NCBI GenBank assembly: GCA_964016885.1
Contig: OZ024743.1
Coordinates: 296,174,001-296,238,000, forward strand
Source of the DNA: Eledone cirrhosa
Lineage: Eukaryota
Reading direction: 5' to 3'
DNA: 64,000 bases
The notes under the pieces were generated by a model, which was given only the letters and a program-made list of their open reading frames with translations, was not told the origin of the DNA and did no database searches. Each line of letters opens with the position of its first letter. Position 1 is the first letter of the stretch. The position numbers were made by a program, and so were the translations under genes. Positions 1 to 13,833 of this stretch are shown piece by piece.

Positions 1-323
1 AATGTTAATCAAACCCAATTGGCAGGCAGAATCAAGTTCAGAGTAAATGATCGGTTGAACGTTTCTATTTTTCCGAACATTCTGCTTTTGTTGACAAATG
101 CAGAGCTGAAGGAATACTCGTATAAGAAGAAATATTCTTCTACTTTCGTACGACTCCTTACCAACTGGTCACAACAATTATGGTGAATTAATACGTATTA
201 TGAAGTGCTTAATGTGGGCTTCGTGAATAATGATAGCACTATAATGTCAAAATCATTCAAAAAGGGCGTATCATCTTTGCTGCAGTTTTAGATGTTTCAT
301 TTCACCCATTCATTGTTAATAAT

Positions 324-506
324 TGTTTCTACTTTTAGCACAAGGCCAGCAGTTATCCCAGTGTATTACTGGTACTTTATTTTATCGACCCCGTAAGGAT
401 GAAAGGCAAAGTTAACCTCGACGGGATTTGAACTCAGACCGTAAAGGGACTTAACTATGCTAGAAAGCATGGCGTCCGACCCTCTACCGATACTGCCAAT
501 TCACCG
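324..506 (-). mobile_element. tRNA-derived SINE, full length, with 13-bp TSD
   Basis: Minus strand: GCGGTGAATTGGCAGTATCGGTAG (A box) ... GAGTTCAAATCCC (B box) ... GCCTTTCATCCTTACGGGGTCGATAAAATAAAGTACCAG; direct repeat CATTGTTAATAAT at 311-323 and 507-519; near-identical copies at 18677 and 59860. Confidence 0.9.
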
Positions 507-934
507 CATTGTTAATAATGTGCATCCGTTACAAACAACGATTTCTTTGTTACAATGTTCAAAATATTTTCTCAGTTCAGCATAAAATCGTTGCCTCATT
601 ACACTAGGAAATGCAATAAATATATTCGGCAGACAGAAATCACCAGGTTGGGAGATAATCTTGAACCATACTGAATTAAATGGTGAAAGGAGAGGCATTC
701 ATTATGCGTATGCACAAATGGAATAAATCAAACTGCTTTGGCCAATGTTCCTTTGTTGTTGTTGGTCATTTTACACGATGGCTAAATTCTCGGTAATCTA
801 CAAAATACTGAGAAATGATGTACATAGAATTTTATTGATTGCTTTATCTTGTGTTAGTGTTTTAGATTTCTGTACCGTACCTAGCTATTCTGCATAAAAG
901 CTTAGTTCCACACCATGACGGTTACAAATATACA

Positions 935-1101
<167 letters not shown>

Positions 1102-1296
1102 AATAATGGAGCTGCGGCGTTGCAAATGGGTTACATATGAAAAAGTTTGTCCTTCATCGGTGGTCTTCCAACCGTCATAGGCATTTCATTGCTTTAAAGA
1201 CCATATACCTCAGGTTGGTGCGAGCAACGGCTAAAAAAAGTCGTTGGGACACGTAAATAAAGGGGACGCTAGGGTAAACAAACAAAATGGTTTAAG

Positions 1297-1348
<52 letters not shown>

Positions 1349-2640
1349 ACCAGTAAGACCCCGACAGCTGAGCTCAAGCCGTTTCGACGGCTAATTCTGG
1401 ACTAAATGAAAATTTATCCTGGTATTTAAATAGCCGATCTTCTCAAGGGGTAATTCCATATATGGTCAAAGTGATTGTCAAAAATCAGTAGTAATTCTGT
1501 GGTTGCAAATTAGTAGGGGAGATGGTGGCTAAACCTGCCAGTAGGAGAAAGAGGGGAGGGGGTGGAGTAGACCCAATCAAGCGTTGGTAGTGCCAGCTAC
1601 AGCTGGGCATGAGGTCAAAGAAGATACAGGGGAGGGGGAGGGGGAGGAAGTCGGAATGGTAGGTAGAACAATGGGGGGTAGAAAAATATATATAGGAAAG
1701 AAAAAATACTGAGAGTGAAGAAAAGCAAATAAGTGTAAAGAAAAAAGTAAAGTAAATTAAATTCTACGACCTAGGTCTCAGGCTATTGTTAGGCTAGAAT
1801 AAAATAAATAAAGAAAGAAGTAAAGAAATAAATAAAGAAAGAAATAACGAAATAAGTAAAAGAAAGTACAAGTTCACTTTGCTGCACTGGGTCGTTGCTG
1901 GCCCGGGATGGAAACCTTTATTGTTTATTTCGTGGTAGTCTCTTTAGTATTTTGGCCCCTTTTGTTGACCCGTCACCATATCATTTACGTACTTATACCT
2001 CTTAAAAGGGTCCTTGCCTATTTCGTCCCACCTAGTTCTTTTACTTATTTCGTTATTTCTTTATTTATTTATTTCTTTACTTCTTTCTTTCTTTCTTTAT
2101 TTTATTCTAGCCTAACAATAGCCTGAGACATAGGTCGTAGAATTTAATTTACTTTACTTTTTTCTTTACACTTATTTGCTTTTCTTCACTCTCAGTATTT
2201 TTTCTTTCCTATATATATTTTTCTACCCCCCATTGTTCTACCTACCGTTCCGACTTCCTCCCCCTCCCCCTCCCCTGTATCTTCTTTGACCTCATGCCCA
2301 GCTGTAGCTGGCACTACCAACGCTTGATTGGGTCTACTCCACCCCTCCCCTCTTTCTCCTACTGGCAGGTTTAGCCACCATCTCCCTACTAATTTGCAAC
2401 CACAGAATTACTACTGATTTTTGACAGTCACTTTGACCATATATGGAATTACCCCTTGAGAAGATCGGCTATTTAAATACCAGGATAAATTTTCATTTAG
2501 TCCAGAATTAGCCGTCGAAACGGCTTGAGCTCAGCTGTCGGGGTCTTACTGGTACCTATTACCCACTCTACTACCTCAAGTATTGAGTACTTTGGTGCGT
2601 TATGGTCCACCTGGTTCCTTACCACATTTCCTTCGTTATA
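1349..2640 (+). mobile_element. PLE 3'-end remnant with ~515-bp fold-back, inserted in (TA)n
   Basis: 1349-1866 is the reverse complement of ~2036-2553; the tail continues to ...CCTTCGTTATA then (TA)n; contains an HHR; same tail at 8920 and 42305. Confidence 0.8.
2451..2544 (+). ncRNA. Hammerhead ribozyme (type I), U3-A8 core variant; inverted copy at 1358-1451 (-)
   Basis: Stem I ACCCC/GGGGT; core TTGAGAA; stem II GATCGGCTA...TAGCCGTC; GAAA; stem III CGGCT-TGAGCTC-AGCTG; cleavage triplet GTC. Confidence 0.8.
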
Positions 2641-2832
2641 TGTATATATATATCTATATATATATGCATATATATTAATATACATATAGGTATATATGTA
2701 CACACACACACACACACGCATATATATATATATATATACACACATGCATATATATTAATATACATATAGGTATATATGTACACACACACACACATTCATA
2801 TATATATAAAAATATATATATATATATATATA

Positions 2833-3010
2833 TGAAAGGATTCAGGACCCCACCACAACGGCTGAGCTCCTGCCGTTTCGACAGCTAGGGAAACGGCCGG
2901 ACTCAGCCTTTGGAGTCCTGAATCTTTTCATATCACCCACTCTACTAACCTAAGTATCGAGTACTCTGGTGGGTTATGGTGCATCTGGTTTTTTACCACA
3001 TCCTATCTTA
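2833..3010 (+). mobile_element. Diverged short fold-back copy of the same PLE tail
   Basis: GGCTGAGCTC..GCCGTTTCGAC inverted against GAAACGGC..CTCAGCC, then CCCACTCTACTAACCTAAGTAT...TTACCACAT; flanked by (TA)n. Confidence 0.7.
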
Positions 3011-3240
3011 TATATATATATGGTCAGTATATACATATACCCGTCCTTCTGCCAAATGTAGCGCTTATGAATTTATAACTCTTTATATCCATACACCTAT
3101 TAGTTTCTCCAATTATCTACCTAGATATCAAAATATCTGCTTCTAATTTAGATTCTATAAACTCGATATATATATCTATCTGTCTCAAAACTTAAATCTG
3201 TGTTTTTGTGTATACATATAGATAGATAGAGATATGTATG

Positions 3241-3285
<45 letters not shown>

Positions 3286-3461
3286 GGGGAGATTTATATA
3301 TAGATATATATATATGTATATATATGTGTGTGTGTGTGTACGAGTGTGTATATGTGTGTGTGTGCCTGTGTGTTTGTGTATACATATATGCACAAATATA
3401 TAGGTAGAGATATGTATGTATACATATATAGATATCGATATAGATATGTATATATTCATAC

Positions 3462-3495
<34 letters not shown>

Positions 3496-3496
3496 A

Positions 3497-3531
<35 letters not shown>

Positions 3532-3732
3532 CTGTGTGCTGTAGATATATATCCACGTACTTAGCTACCTGAATATATATATAAGTGAAGCTTCACACCC
3601 ATCCTACTTTCTCTTTCCTGTGATTTATAACATTGTTTTAGTATGAATATAAACATCGAAAATATACACCACTTTTCATCTTCGTTTTATTATTGTTGTT
3701 GTAATTATCATTTCTCATACAGTTCCAGACTC

Positions 3733-3769
<37 letters not shown>

Positions 3770-4134
3770 TGTATGTGATCTACGCGCGTGGTGTATATTT
3801 ACCTGTGTGTGCTTACGTGTAGATATATAGATGAGTGCACTAGTAATACTATTCACAAACGTGAGTCATCAAACATGGTTATGGTCTCCTCTCCCTCTCG
3901 TTCTCAGATGTGCTGGGGGATGTATGAAATCACTTGATTGATTGATATAACAAGCCTAGTAATTCACTTCCTTTTGAACATTTCCTATCATTTTAACTCA
4001 CACACTTTTTCTCTTTTCTCATTTCTCTCTTGGCCATTATCTACGTTTTCATTCTCTATATCTAGCTATTAATATTCGACAGTAATCTATGTATAGATCT
4101 ATGTATTTTTCTGTCTATCGGTCTATCCTTATGC

Positions 4135-4174
<40 letters not shown>

Positions 4175-4244
4175 GTGTGTGTTTGTGTGTGTGTGTGTTT
4201 GCGTGTGTGTGTGTGTGTGTGTATGCATATGTATATATATATAC

Positions 4245-4315
<71 letters not shown>

Positions 4316-4338
4316 CATATATATATATGTATATATAG

Positions 4339-4403
<65 letters not shown>

Positions 4404-4470
4404 CATATATATATATATATATAGACACACAAGTATATATATATGTATATATATATATACACGTAAATAT

Positions 4471-4526
<56 letters not shown>

Positions 4527-4558
4527 GTGTATATATATATATATATATACACATATGT

Positions 4559-4604
<46 letters not shown>

Positions 4605-4660
4605 GTATATATATACACACGTGTATATATATACACACATATATATATGTATACATCAAT
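4135..4660. repeat. Compound (TA)n/(TG)n microsatellite (one of dozens in the window)
   Basis: Direct reading; source of the [16 protein letters not shown] pseudo-ORFs. Confidence 0.98.
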
Positions 4661-4895
4661 ATATATAAGCATATACGCCTATAACTATGTGTGTGTTTTT
4701 TCTGTATGTATAAGTACTAATAATGCGGCATATATCGGCAGTAGTGACTATACTTTGCTACTTATTTGATTCACACATAGGTATATGTGCCTATCACTCT
4801 ACCTTTGTATCGCAATTTATTTATAAATCTATAGTTTAATTTATCAAATGCGTCTGTCACTCTCTCTCTCCTCCTCCCCTCTCTCTCTCTTTCTT

Positions 4896-4978
<83 letters not shown>

Positions 4979-5035
4979 TAAGAGAGATTATATATATATA
5001 TATATATATATATATAATGTGAAGGTGCATGGTTA

Positions 5036-5072
<37 letters not shown>

Positions 5073-5091
5073 ATGTGAAGGTGCATGGTTA

Positions 5092-5139
<48 letters not shown>

Positions 5140-5156
5140 TAACCATGCACCTTCAC

Positions 5157-5205
<49 letters not shown>

Positions 5206-5419
5206 GTATGTATGTATATGCATTTTGCGTACTCTCAAGGTTACTCAAGAGGCTTTGGCATTATTACGGCTTAAAGGACCCACGAGACTTATGCATGCTT
5301 CCATTTTGTATCACACTCTTTATTGATGCTGCTGTTATATGCGTGTGTGTGTGTGTCTATGTGTGTCTATGTGTCTATGTGTGTGTGTGTGTGTATGTGT
5401 GGGTGTATGAGTGTATGTG

Positions 5420-5521
<102 letters not shown>

Positions 5522-5888
5522 CTTCATCTATCTACTTGCTACATTTCTATATCTCTCGGTCTATCAGTCCATTTATTACTATTCTTCCTCCAAACTAAAC
5601 ACTAATATATTTATTTTTACTTCAATACACTTATTCATCTATACCAGTTTCATATTCACCACAGACCAAAGATTAATATAGTATTATAGTCTTGTGATAA
5701 CTGTTCTATATATATGACCACAAAACATATCATTTACCATTATTTTATGAAACTGTACGAATGAACCAGCACGTCCAAATAATGCAATAATGCACGTCTA
5801 TATATAATTATTTTATGATATCGCTATGTATAATCTTTATGTCTGTCTGTGTGAAAGAGTGAGAGGAAGGGAGAGAGAGTTGGCGTAT

Positions 5889-5920
<32 letters not shown>

Positions 5921-6049
5921 GTATACATACGCCAATATATATATATATAATAGAAAAAACGAGGAGGTTTTTTTCTATTATATACACTCTGCTACACTCT
6001 GAGTGCTTGATTTTATACCAACACCAGTATTTCACCGTACTACCTACAC

Positions 6050-6114
<65 letters not shown>

Positions 6115-6699
6115 ATATATATATATATGTGTGTGTGTGTGGGGGGGGGGGGGTGGGGGGGGCGTGTGTGTGTGCGTGTTTGACAGCGTATGTATGAAGA
6201 CATATATATGGAAATGTTGAACGATCTATTAAGGAATATGTGCAGAGACGACAATAAGGACGAAGAAAAACAGACATAAGCAAAGGAAATCTATTCTTCA
6301 GCTGTCGTTGAGGTCATGGAGATTTCGAGTCCCAATATGTCATTGTGTCTGTGTGAATGTGGGGAAGCGTTTTTTGCGAGGGACGAAGTATAGGGTGTGA
6401 GGGTGTAGCAATTGAAGTCATTTTTCAGTGAACTTATTTCACCTTGCATGTGGTCTCAATTGTAAACAAACTACTAATGACACACACAAACGCTTATCTA
6501 TATATATATATGTGTGTGTGTTTGTTTGTGTGTGTGTGTATATATGTGTGTGCGTGTATATGTGTGTGAGTGTGTTTGTGTGAGTGGATGTCTATGTATG
6601 TATGTGAGAGTATATATATATATGTGTGTATTGAAGAAAGGATAAATGTTCTAAGGAGATTACGCAATAGCGATTGCCTAAATTCAAGAAATGAAATCT

Positions 6700-6900
6700 T
6701 CAAGTAATGAAATCTTCTCACGTTGTCCACATGTCTGGAAACACCACTTGCATAACTACAAAGCTCCGGGTTGAATAACAACAACATTCTAATTTTCTTA
6801 TCAACTCGAACATCTTTTCCGACTTTTGCCCGTGGCTTTGTATCGCGTGGGTGAAGTGACCGTTTCTGCGCATGCGCGTTCTTACGGTTGTTCTTCCTGT
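6700..6900 (-). pseudogene. Decayed mariner-like transposase fragment (HTH region)
   Basis: Translation ...KPRAKVGKDVRVDKKIRML...SGVSRHV...FH loosely resembles the mariner 'AKVE.LV..DRRI....S.GSV..I' segment. Confidence 0.35.
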
Positions 6901-7231
6901 TCCGTATAACCATGACCAGTACGAGCTGAAGATCTGCTAAAGTGAAAAAATTGGTCTCGGTATGGTGAACTAACTGTTGTGTTACCACTTCTACCTATGA
7001 TGAACCATAGGCGCTTCCATTTCAGTCAATAATTTCTTGGCGAAGCAGATCTCTTTGGATTTGTACGTGTGTGTTATATTGTTATAGAGGTGCGTATGCT
7101 CATTTTAATTTATATTTTTAATTATTGTGTGTCTACCCTGCCTTCCATAGGTTATAGATTCCATACACTGGTGGTTTCCCTGTTTTATTGATGGCACACG
7201 TTCTCTCTCTCTCTCCCTCTCTCTCTTACTT

Positions 7232-7270
<39 letters not shown>

Positions 7271-7425
7271 AGTGTGTTACCCTTTCTACATATTGTATTT
7301 TAAAAGAGTTCAGGATTCCTTTTCCTTTGAGAAAAGAGAGTCTATAACGAGAGTCTATGGGTCCGTTAATTTATCTTGATATATATATATATATGTGTGT
7401 GTATGTATATATGTATATATATATA

Positions 7426-7505
<80 letters not shown>

Positions 7506-7586
7506 TATATACATACACACAGCGAACCTCCAACCGTCAAGATTGTTCTTCTGTGGGTATGTCAACATTTATTAAACAAATTTTGT

Positions 7587-7650
7587 ATTTTATCTGATGA
7601 AAGCGCACCAAAATTTGCCTTGGTTGCCCTTGAAATATATATAATAAAAT
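7587..7650 (+). ncRNA. Minimal hammerhead ribozyme at a PLE tail
   Basis: Stem I ATTTTAT/ATAAAAT; CTGATGA; stem II AAG.GCA.CCAA...TTGG.TGC.CTT; GAAA; palindromic TATATA; TA. Confidence 0.8.
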
Positions 7651-7690
7651 AATTATGGTTTTTTAAATATAGTTTCCATTTATTAATATA

Positions 7691-7737
<47 letters not shown>

Positions 7738-7778
7738 CGAAACATAAGTCAATTGCATGAACTCATAATCCTTTATTT

Positions 7779-7834
7779 ACTGCTATATATATTTCGATGA
7801 TAGCCATTGAATGGCTATGACCTCATCAGGCAGT
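7779..7834 (-). ncRNA. Minimal hammerhead ribozyme at a PLE tail
   Basis: Minus strand ACTGC-CTGATGA-GGTCATAGCCATTCAATGGCTATCATC-GAAA-TATATA-TA-GCAGT followed by AATAAA. Confidence 0.85.
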
Positions 7835-8919
7835 TAGTCAGTTCTTAGATATGCCAGCTCTGTGTTTTATAGTGTTGATGGCTTGGGACATATGAGCTTG
7901 TTAGGTGTAATTTAATGTTGTCAGCAGGAATAGTCTTGATTCTCATTGGTCAGTTTGTAGATGGTAGTAGGGTTGGTAATTGACCTCAAAGAGGCAGGTG
8001 CTTCTGTAAAGTTCAAACCGTCAGGCAAGATGACAATAGTTCCATAGACTGATTTTCACAAAACGCATTCCTGGTCAGATATATTTTCAAATAAGGTTAA
8101 TAGTATGAAATAGATACTGCAGGTCATTCTTAAATTGAGGAATTTATGTGGAGTGGTGCTATTGAAAATTATGGTTGGAGTAGAAAATTTACAAATAAAA
8201 AGACTTATGTAGGTTGGCTTGCACGTACACTCACACCCGCCGCCACAGACACACACTCATCCACACATACAAAATATGGGGTGGTAATACTTAATATAAT
8301 ACTTAGACAGTTTAGAAAATTTAGAAATAAAAGGTTTATGCTGGTTCACTTGTACATACACTCACACCTACCCCCTCAACACTCACACATCTACACACCC
8401 AAATCCATACAGGTGTGTATATATATATATATGTATGCATGGATGTACGCACAAGCATACATATATACATATATACATATATAAAATATATATATATACA
8501 CAGAACATACATATATATAAAATATATACACACAAAAATATAAAAAAAATATAAAAAATATATATATACATAAAATACACACACAAAATATATACACACA
8601 TAAAACATACATGCATATATATATAAAATACACTTACACATACACATATATATAAAATATATACATACATATACATACATATATATAAAATACACATATA
8701 TACACATATAAAATACATATATATATACACATGATATACACATAAATATATATATATATAAAATCAGCTTCAATAAAACGTTGTTTAGATGACTCCTAAC
8801 CAGTAGAGGATCCGGTGGACCATCCACTATAGGGACCACAAACCATGGGTGGTTGTTGTTGTCGATTGGTCATTGGTACGGGGTGTAGGGGACCTACACA
8901 CATATATATATATACATAT

Positions 8920-9105
8920 ATAGGAACGAGTAGGACCCCGACGGCTGAGCTCAAGCCGTTTCGACGGCAGAATTAGCCGTCGAAACGGCTTGACCTCAGC
9001 CGTCGGGGTCCTACTCGTTCCTATTACCCACTCTACTACCCTAAGTATTGAGTAATTAGGTGCGTTATGGTCCACGTGGTTCCTTACCACATTTCCTTCG
9101 TTATA
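8920..9105 (+). mobile_element. Short fold-back PLE tail (family of 1349-2640) in (TA)n
   Basis: TAGGAACGAGTAGGACCCCGACGGCTGAG... inverted against ...CTCAGCCGTCGGGGTCCTACTCGTTCCTA, then the shared tail to CCTTCGTTATA. Confidence 0.85.
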
Positions 9106-9169
9106 TACATATATATATATATATAATATATATATATAATATATATATGTGCGTGCGTGGAGGGTGGGG

Positions 9170-9490
9170 CTGTTATTAACTGCCTCGGCGCAGATCTTGA
9201 GATGTTGGGCTTCCCAGAAGTAGGATCAGCGCACATAATTAGGAAGATGCATGTACAATCCATTAATGAAACTGTAAAAATATGTAAAATATTTCAGAAA
9301 TTCAGCGTAATAACTGCATATACCCATATATAGTTACAGAAACATATGTACGTGTATGCATATAACTCGAAACATACAAGTCAACAAGCAACAATACCCA
9401 TACCTGCACGCGCACAAACACATACAGACATACATACGTATTTTCCGAGTTCCAAATTCCAATGAAAGAGTCTTGTTTCTATGTTAGAAA

Positions 9491-9555
<65 letters not shown>

Positions 9556-9590
9556 ATGGTGGCATTGTAAAATATGACAATATCAGAACA
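9170..9590 (+). mobile_element. 3' fragment of an R4/Dong-like (RLE) non-LTR retrotransposon
   Basis: Translates CLGADLEMLGF...IIRKMHVQSINETVKICKIFQKF, homologous to the C-terminus at 12585-12803; 3' UTR shared with 10981-11292; ends in CATA repeats. Confidence 0.65.
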
Positions 9591-9621
9591 TTCATACATA
9601 TATACATGTATATACATACAT

Positions 9622-10234
9622 AATGACAGCTCGCTCGTTATCGCGTATAGCCATTGCACGATATACCATTATTAATAATTATTAATTAATTCTATCGTGC
9701 AATGCCTGTACCTGATATATTTTTTAAAGTGAGGACAGACTGTGCACTGAGCCAATCCCACTCTCTGGGCGACAGTAGCCATAACCGGAAAAGAAGAAAA
9801 TATCAACATCATCGGTAACTACTGACCCGCAGGTTTTATATCGGAGTTATCCGAGTTTCCTGAGTTGCCTTCTCCTAGAAGAATGCCCTGACACAGATTA
9901 GTTGTCCTTCACTTCCAGTGGTTTAACCGCGCGATCGGGTGTCCAGCCCGACTATTTCTATGTCCCCGCGCATATACATACACATGCGCCCATGTATATA
10001 CACATATACATATACATACATATGTACATGTGTATATACATATTTACACACTTCTGGATGGCCGTTGACTCTTATGAGTCTTTGTCAGGTATTGTTTTTT
10101 CTCCTGCAGGGTGTCCAAAATCACCATCCTCACCAAGTAAACTTGGTGGGGTTGCCGGTTTAGTCGCCGACGACCCGACCATGTGACAGGTTGTACTGGG
10201 TTACATGTTACCAGTAGCATCAAGAGTGACTCGA
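9622..10234 (-). mobile_element. Non-coding ~600-bp retroposon, subfamily A; second, 5'-truncated copy at 10426-10967
   Basis: Two near-identical copies separated by (CATA)n; minus strand has TCTAGGAGAAGGCAACTC, resembling RTE 5' UTRs, and a terminal hairpin abutting (ATGT)n. Confidence 0.65.
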
Positions 10235-10980
10235 CATAAACATACATACGTACATGAATACATACATACATACATATATACATGTATATACATACATACA
10301 TACATACATACATACATACATACATACATACATACATACATACATACATACATACATACATACATACATGCATACTTACTTACATACATACTTGCTTACA
10401 TACATACATACATATATACATACGTGATGGCTGCCCCCTCGTTATCGAGTATGGCCATTGCACGATTTAACATTATTAATAATTATTAATTTATTCTATC
10501 ATGCAATGCCTGTGCGTAAAGATATTTTTTTTAAGTGAGGAAAGACTGTGCACTGAGCCAATCCCACTCTCTGAGTGACAGTAGCTATAACCCGAAAAGA
10601 AGAAAAGATCAACATCATCGGTAACTACTAGGCCGCAGGTTTTATATCGGAGTTATCCCAGTTTCCTGAGTTGCCTTCTTCTAGAAGAATGCCCTGACAA
10701 AGACTAGGGGTCCTTCACTCCCAGTGGTTTAACCGCGCGATCGAGTGTCCAGCCCGACTATTTCTATGTCCCCGCGCATATACATACACATGCACCCATG
10801 TATATACATATATACATGTGTATATACATGTTTACACACTTTTGGATGGCCGTTGACTCTTATGAGTCAACGGCCATCCAAAATCACACTCCACACCAAG
10901 TAAACTTGATGGGGTTGCCGGTTTAGTCGCTGACGACCCGACCATGCGACTGGTTGTACTGGGTTACATACATACATACA

Positions 10981-11292
10981 CGACTAGTTGGGAAATTACA
11001 ATCCATTAATGGAACAGTAAACATATGTAAAACATTCCAAACATTCTGCATCTAATAACTGCATATACGCTTGTACAGATACAAAGCATATGCACATGCA
11101 CACATACAACTCAAAACATAACATCCATAGCTGTACACACATGGATGCATGCATGCAGACCAGACATGCATACATATCTACCTATTTGATGTTGTGTAAA
11201 TTTAAATGAGAGAGTCTTGTATCCATGTTAGAAACCGACTCTCTCTCTATTGGCAAACATTTGTGAAATTATAAAACCAGAACAGACAAACA
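10981..11292 (+). mobile_element. 3' fragment of an R4/Dong-like element between (CATA)n tracts
   Basis: LQSINGTVNICKTFQTF C-terminus plus a 3' UTR homologous to 9255-9590. Confidence 0.6.
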
Positions 11293-11808
11293 TTCATACA
11301 TGCATACATACATACACACACACATAATACATACATACATAATACATACATACATACATGGTGGCTGCCAACTCGTTTTCGAGTACGGCCACTACTTTAT
11401 ATCCATGTAGGAGATCCCCTACCGATGCGCTAAACGAGTGTGACATTTTGGTCCAGCCAGCGACTTGAACACAAACACTACACTTGTGACAATTATTGAC
11501 ACATAGTGTTGGGCCCATGGTACCATGTGACGACAAGTGCAGAGAGATCTCCAGATATAAAGCAATGCCTGTGCCATGAAGCTTTTATAGTGAGCAAAGG
11601 CACTGCACAAAGCCAGTCCCACTCTCTTAACCAAGATGATATTTACCAAAAAGAAGAACAAGTCAACATCATTGGATACCATCAGGGTTGGAGGTGTTAT
11701 CTCAGAGTGTTCCTTCTCCTACATACATACATACATACATACATACATACATACATACATACATACATACATACATACATACATACATACATACATACAT
11801 ACATACAT

Positions 11809-12395
11809 GGTGGCTGCCAACTCGTTTTCGAGTACGGCCACTACTTTATATCCATGTAGGAGAACCCCTACTGATGCGCTGAACGAGTGTGACTTTTTAG
11901 TCCAGCCAGCGACTTGAAAACTCTGGTACAAACACTACACTTGTGACAATTATTGACACATAGTGCTGGGCCCATGGTACCATGTGACGACAAGTGCAGA
12001 GAGATCTCCAGATATAAAGCAATGCCTGTGCCATGAAGCTTTTATAGTGAGCAAAGGCACTGCACATTGCCAGTCCCACTCTCTTAACCAAGATGATATT
12101 TACCAAAAAGAAGAACAAGTCAACATCATTGGATACCATCAGGGTTGCAGGTGTTATATCAGAGTTTTCCTTCTCCTAGAATTCTGCCTTCTCTCCCGGT
12201 GATTTTGGATGGCCATTGACTCTTAAGTGCTCCTTTGCCCTTTGACAGGTTTTGTTTTTAGTCCTGCAGGATGTCCAAAGTCACCCTCCTCACCAAGAAA
12301 CCTTGGTGGGGTTGCCAGTTTAGTCGCCAACGACCCGACCATGAGACAGGTTGTACTGGGATACATGTTACCAGTAGCACCAACTGGTGACCTGA
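11809..12395 (-). mobile_element. Non-coding retroposon, subfamily B; 5'-truncated copy at 11360-11721
   Basis: Tandem copies share blocks with subfamily A (GCAATGCCTGTGC, CCCACTCTCT, CCTTCTCCTAGAA, GGGGTTGCC.GTTTAGTCGCC.ACGACCCGACCATG); bounded by (CATA)n. Confidence 0.7.
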
Positions 12396-12445
12396 CATAC
12401 ATACATACATACATACATACATACATACATACATACATACATACA

Positions 12446-12479
<34 letters not shown>

Positions 12480-12499
12480 CATACATACATACATATATA

Positions 12500-12884
12500 C
12501 AACGTGTTCTGTTGTGGAGATCAGCTGCCCACTTGATGTAAACGTTGTCAGAAAATACAGGAGAAGGAGGACATCTACGGACCATTGATGAGGAGTTTAC
12601 AAATCCAGTATCCAAGATACACCTTTAGCTTCATACCCATCATTATTGGAGCTACGGGTTATATACCAACCCGTTTGGACCAAAGTATGACTGAACTTGG
12701 ATTTGCGGACAAAGAGCGCAGCTCCCTAATTCATAGTCTACAAATGGCTGCGATAGCTATCACCTTCAAAATTTGCAAAACATTCTTGCGATTCAAGGGA
12801 TGACAATTTCTTTTCTTTTACAATCTTGCCACCAGGAAGATGGCCGGTCAAATAAATATACTCTAAATTAAGAGAAAGAGATAA
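12500..12884 (+). mobile_element. R4/Dong-like LINE 3' end encoding the C-terminus of a restriction-like endonuclease
   Basis: EISCPLDVNV.. / KEDIYGPLMRSLQIQYPRYTFSFIPIIIGATGYIP...ICKTFLRF, a typical RLE C-terminal signature; flanked both sides by (CATA)n. Confidence 0.75.
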
Positions 12885-13338
12885 CATACATACATACATA
12901 CATACATACATACATACATACATACATACATACATACATACATACATACATACATACATACATACATACATAGCGCCTTGCTTGATATATATTGCAACTG
13001 AACAACAAATTTATTGAACACTGACTGGTCAATCATTAACGAGAATTTACTATATATATAAATAGAGCAATTCATTGCCGATTGTGCACTCACTGTAGCA
13101 GAAGAGTTCCACATAGCAACCAAGTACAATGATAATTAAAGTATAAAAGGTTAACAATATTAAAATACCATTACAGAATCGAAATACAATCGACAAATTA
13201 CAACGTTGAAATAGAATAGTTTACCAAAGGACACCTAAAGTCACATAACACAAACGAACATTCAGTTAGCATTTTGACAGATTTATTTGTTGATAGACAA
13301 GCCTTTAAATAAATTAGAAATAATTCAGTACCGTAATG

Positions 13339-13493
<155 letters not shown>

Positions 13494-13833
13494 GGTGTTA
13501 AAGTTTGCTTGAAGCATTGTGAAATATGTAAAATATGTAGTTTAGAAAGCCACAACAATGCAGATGGGAAATCTGGAGGCAAGAAGTGAGTGAGAAATAG
13601 GAGAAAAGTGAAAATTGAGAGAAACGAAAAAGGAAAACAAAACAAAGGTAGAAGGGTTACCGTAGTGGAGATTTAATCCCAATATTTCGGACTCACGCCC
13701 ATCAACGGGGGAAAGTTCCAAAAGGGGGGGACCAGGCTAAGCCGGAGAAAGTTGTATTGTCGTTAAAACATAGGAATGCCGTTATGGGGAAAATTCAAAC
13801 GAGGGAAAGAATGCGCGTGCAGCGACCCGATGG

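Noticed and set aside
11360-11440. Plus-strand HDV-like ribozyme (GTGGCTG/CGGCCAC with ACTCGT/ACGAGT after GCTAA)
   Set aside because: Only 9 nt available for P3/L3, no GG for P1.1, and the pairing is not kept in subfamily A.
9600-12970. Repeat-spacer pattern suggesting a CRISPR-like array
   Set aside because: The repeats are variable-length (CATA)n and the spacers are retroposon copies; eukaryotic context, no cas genes.
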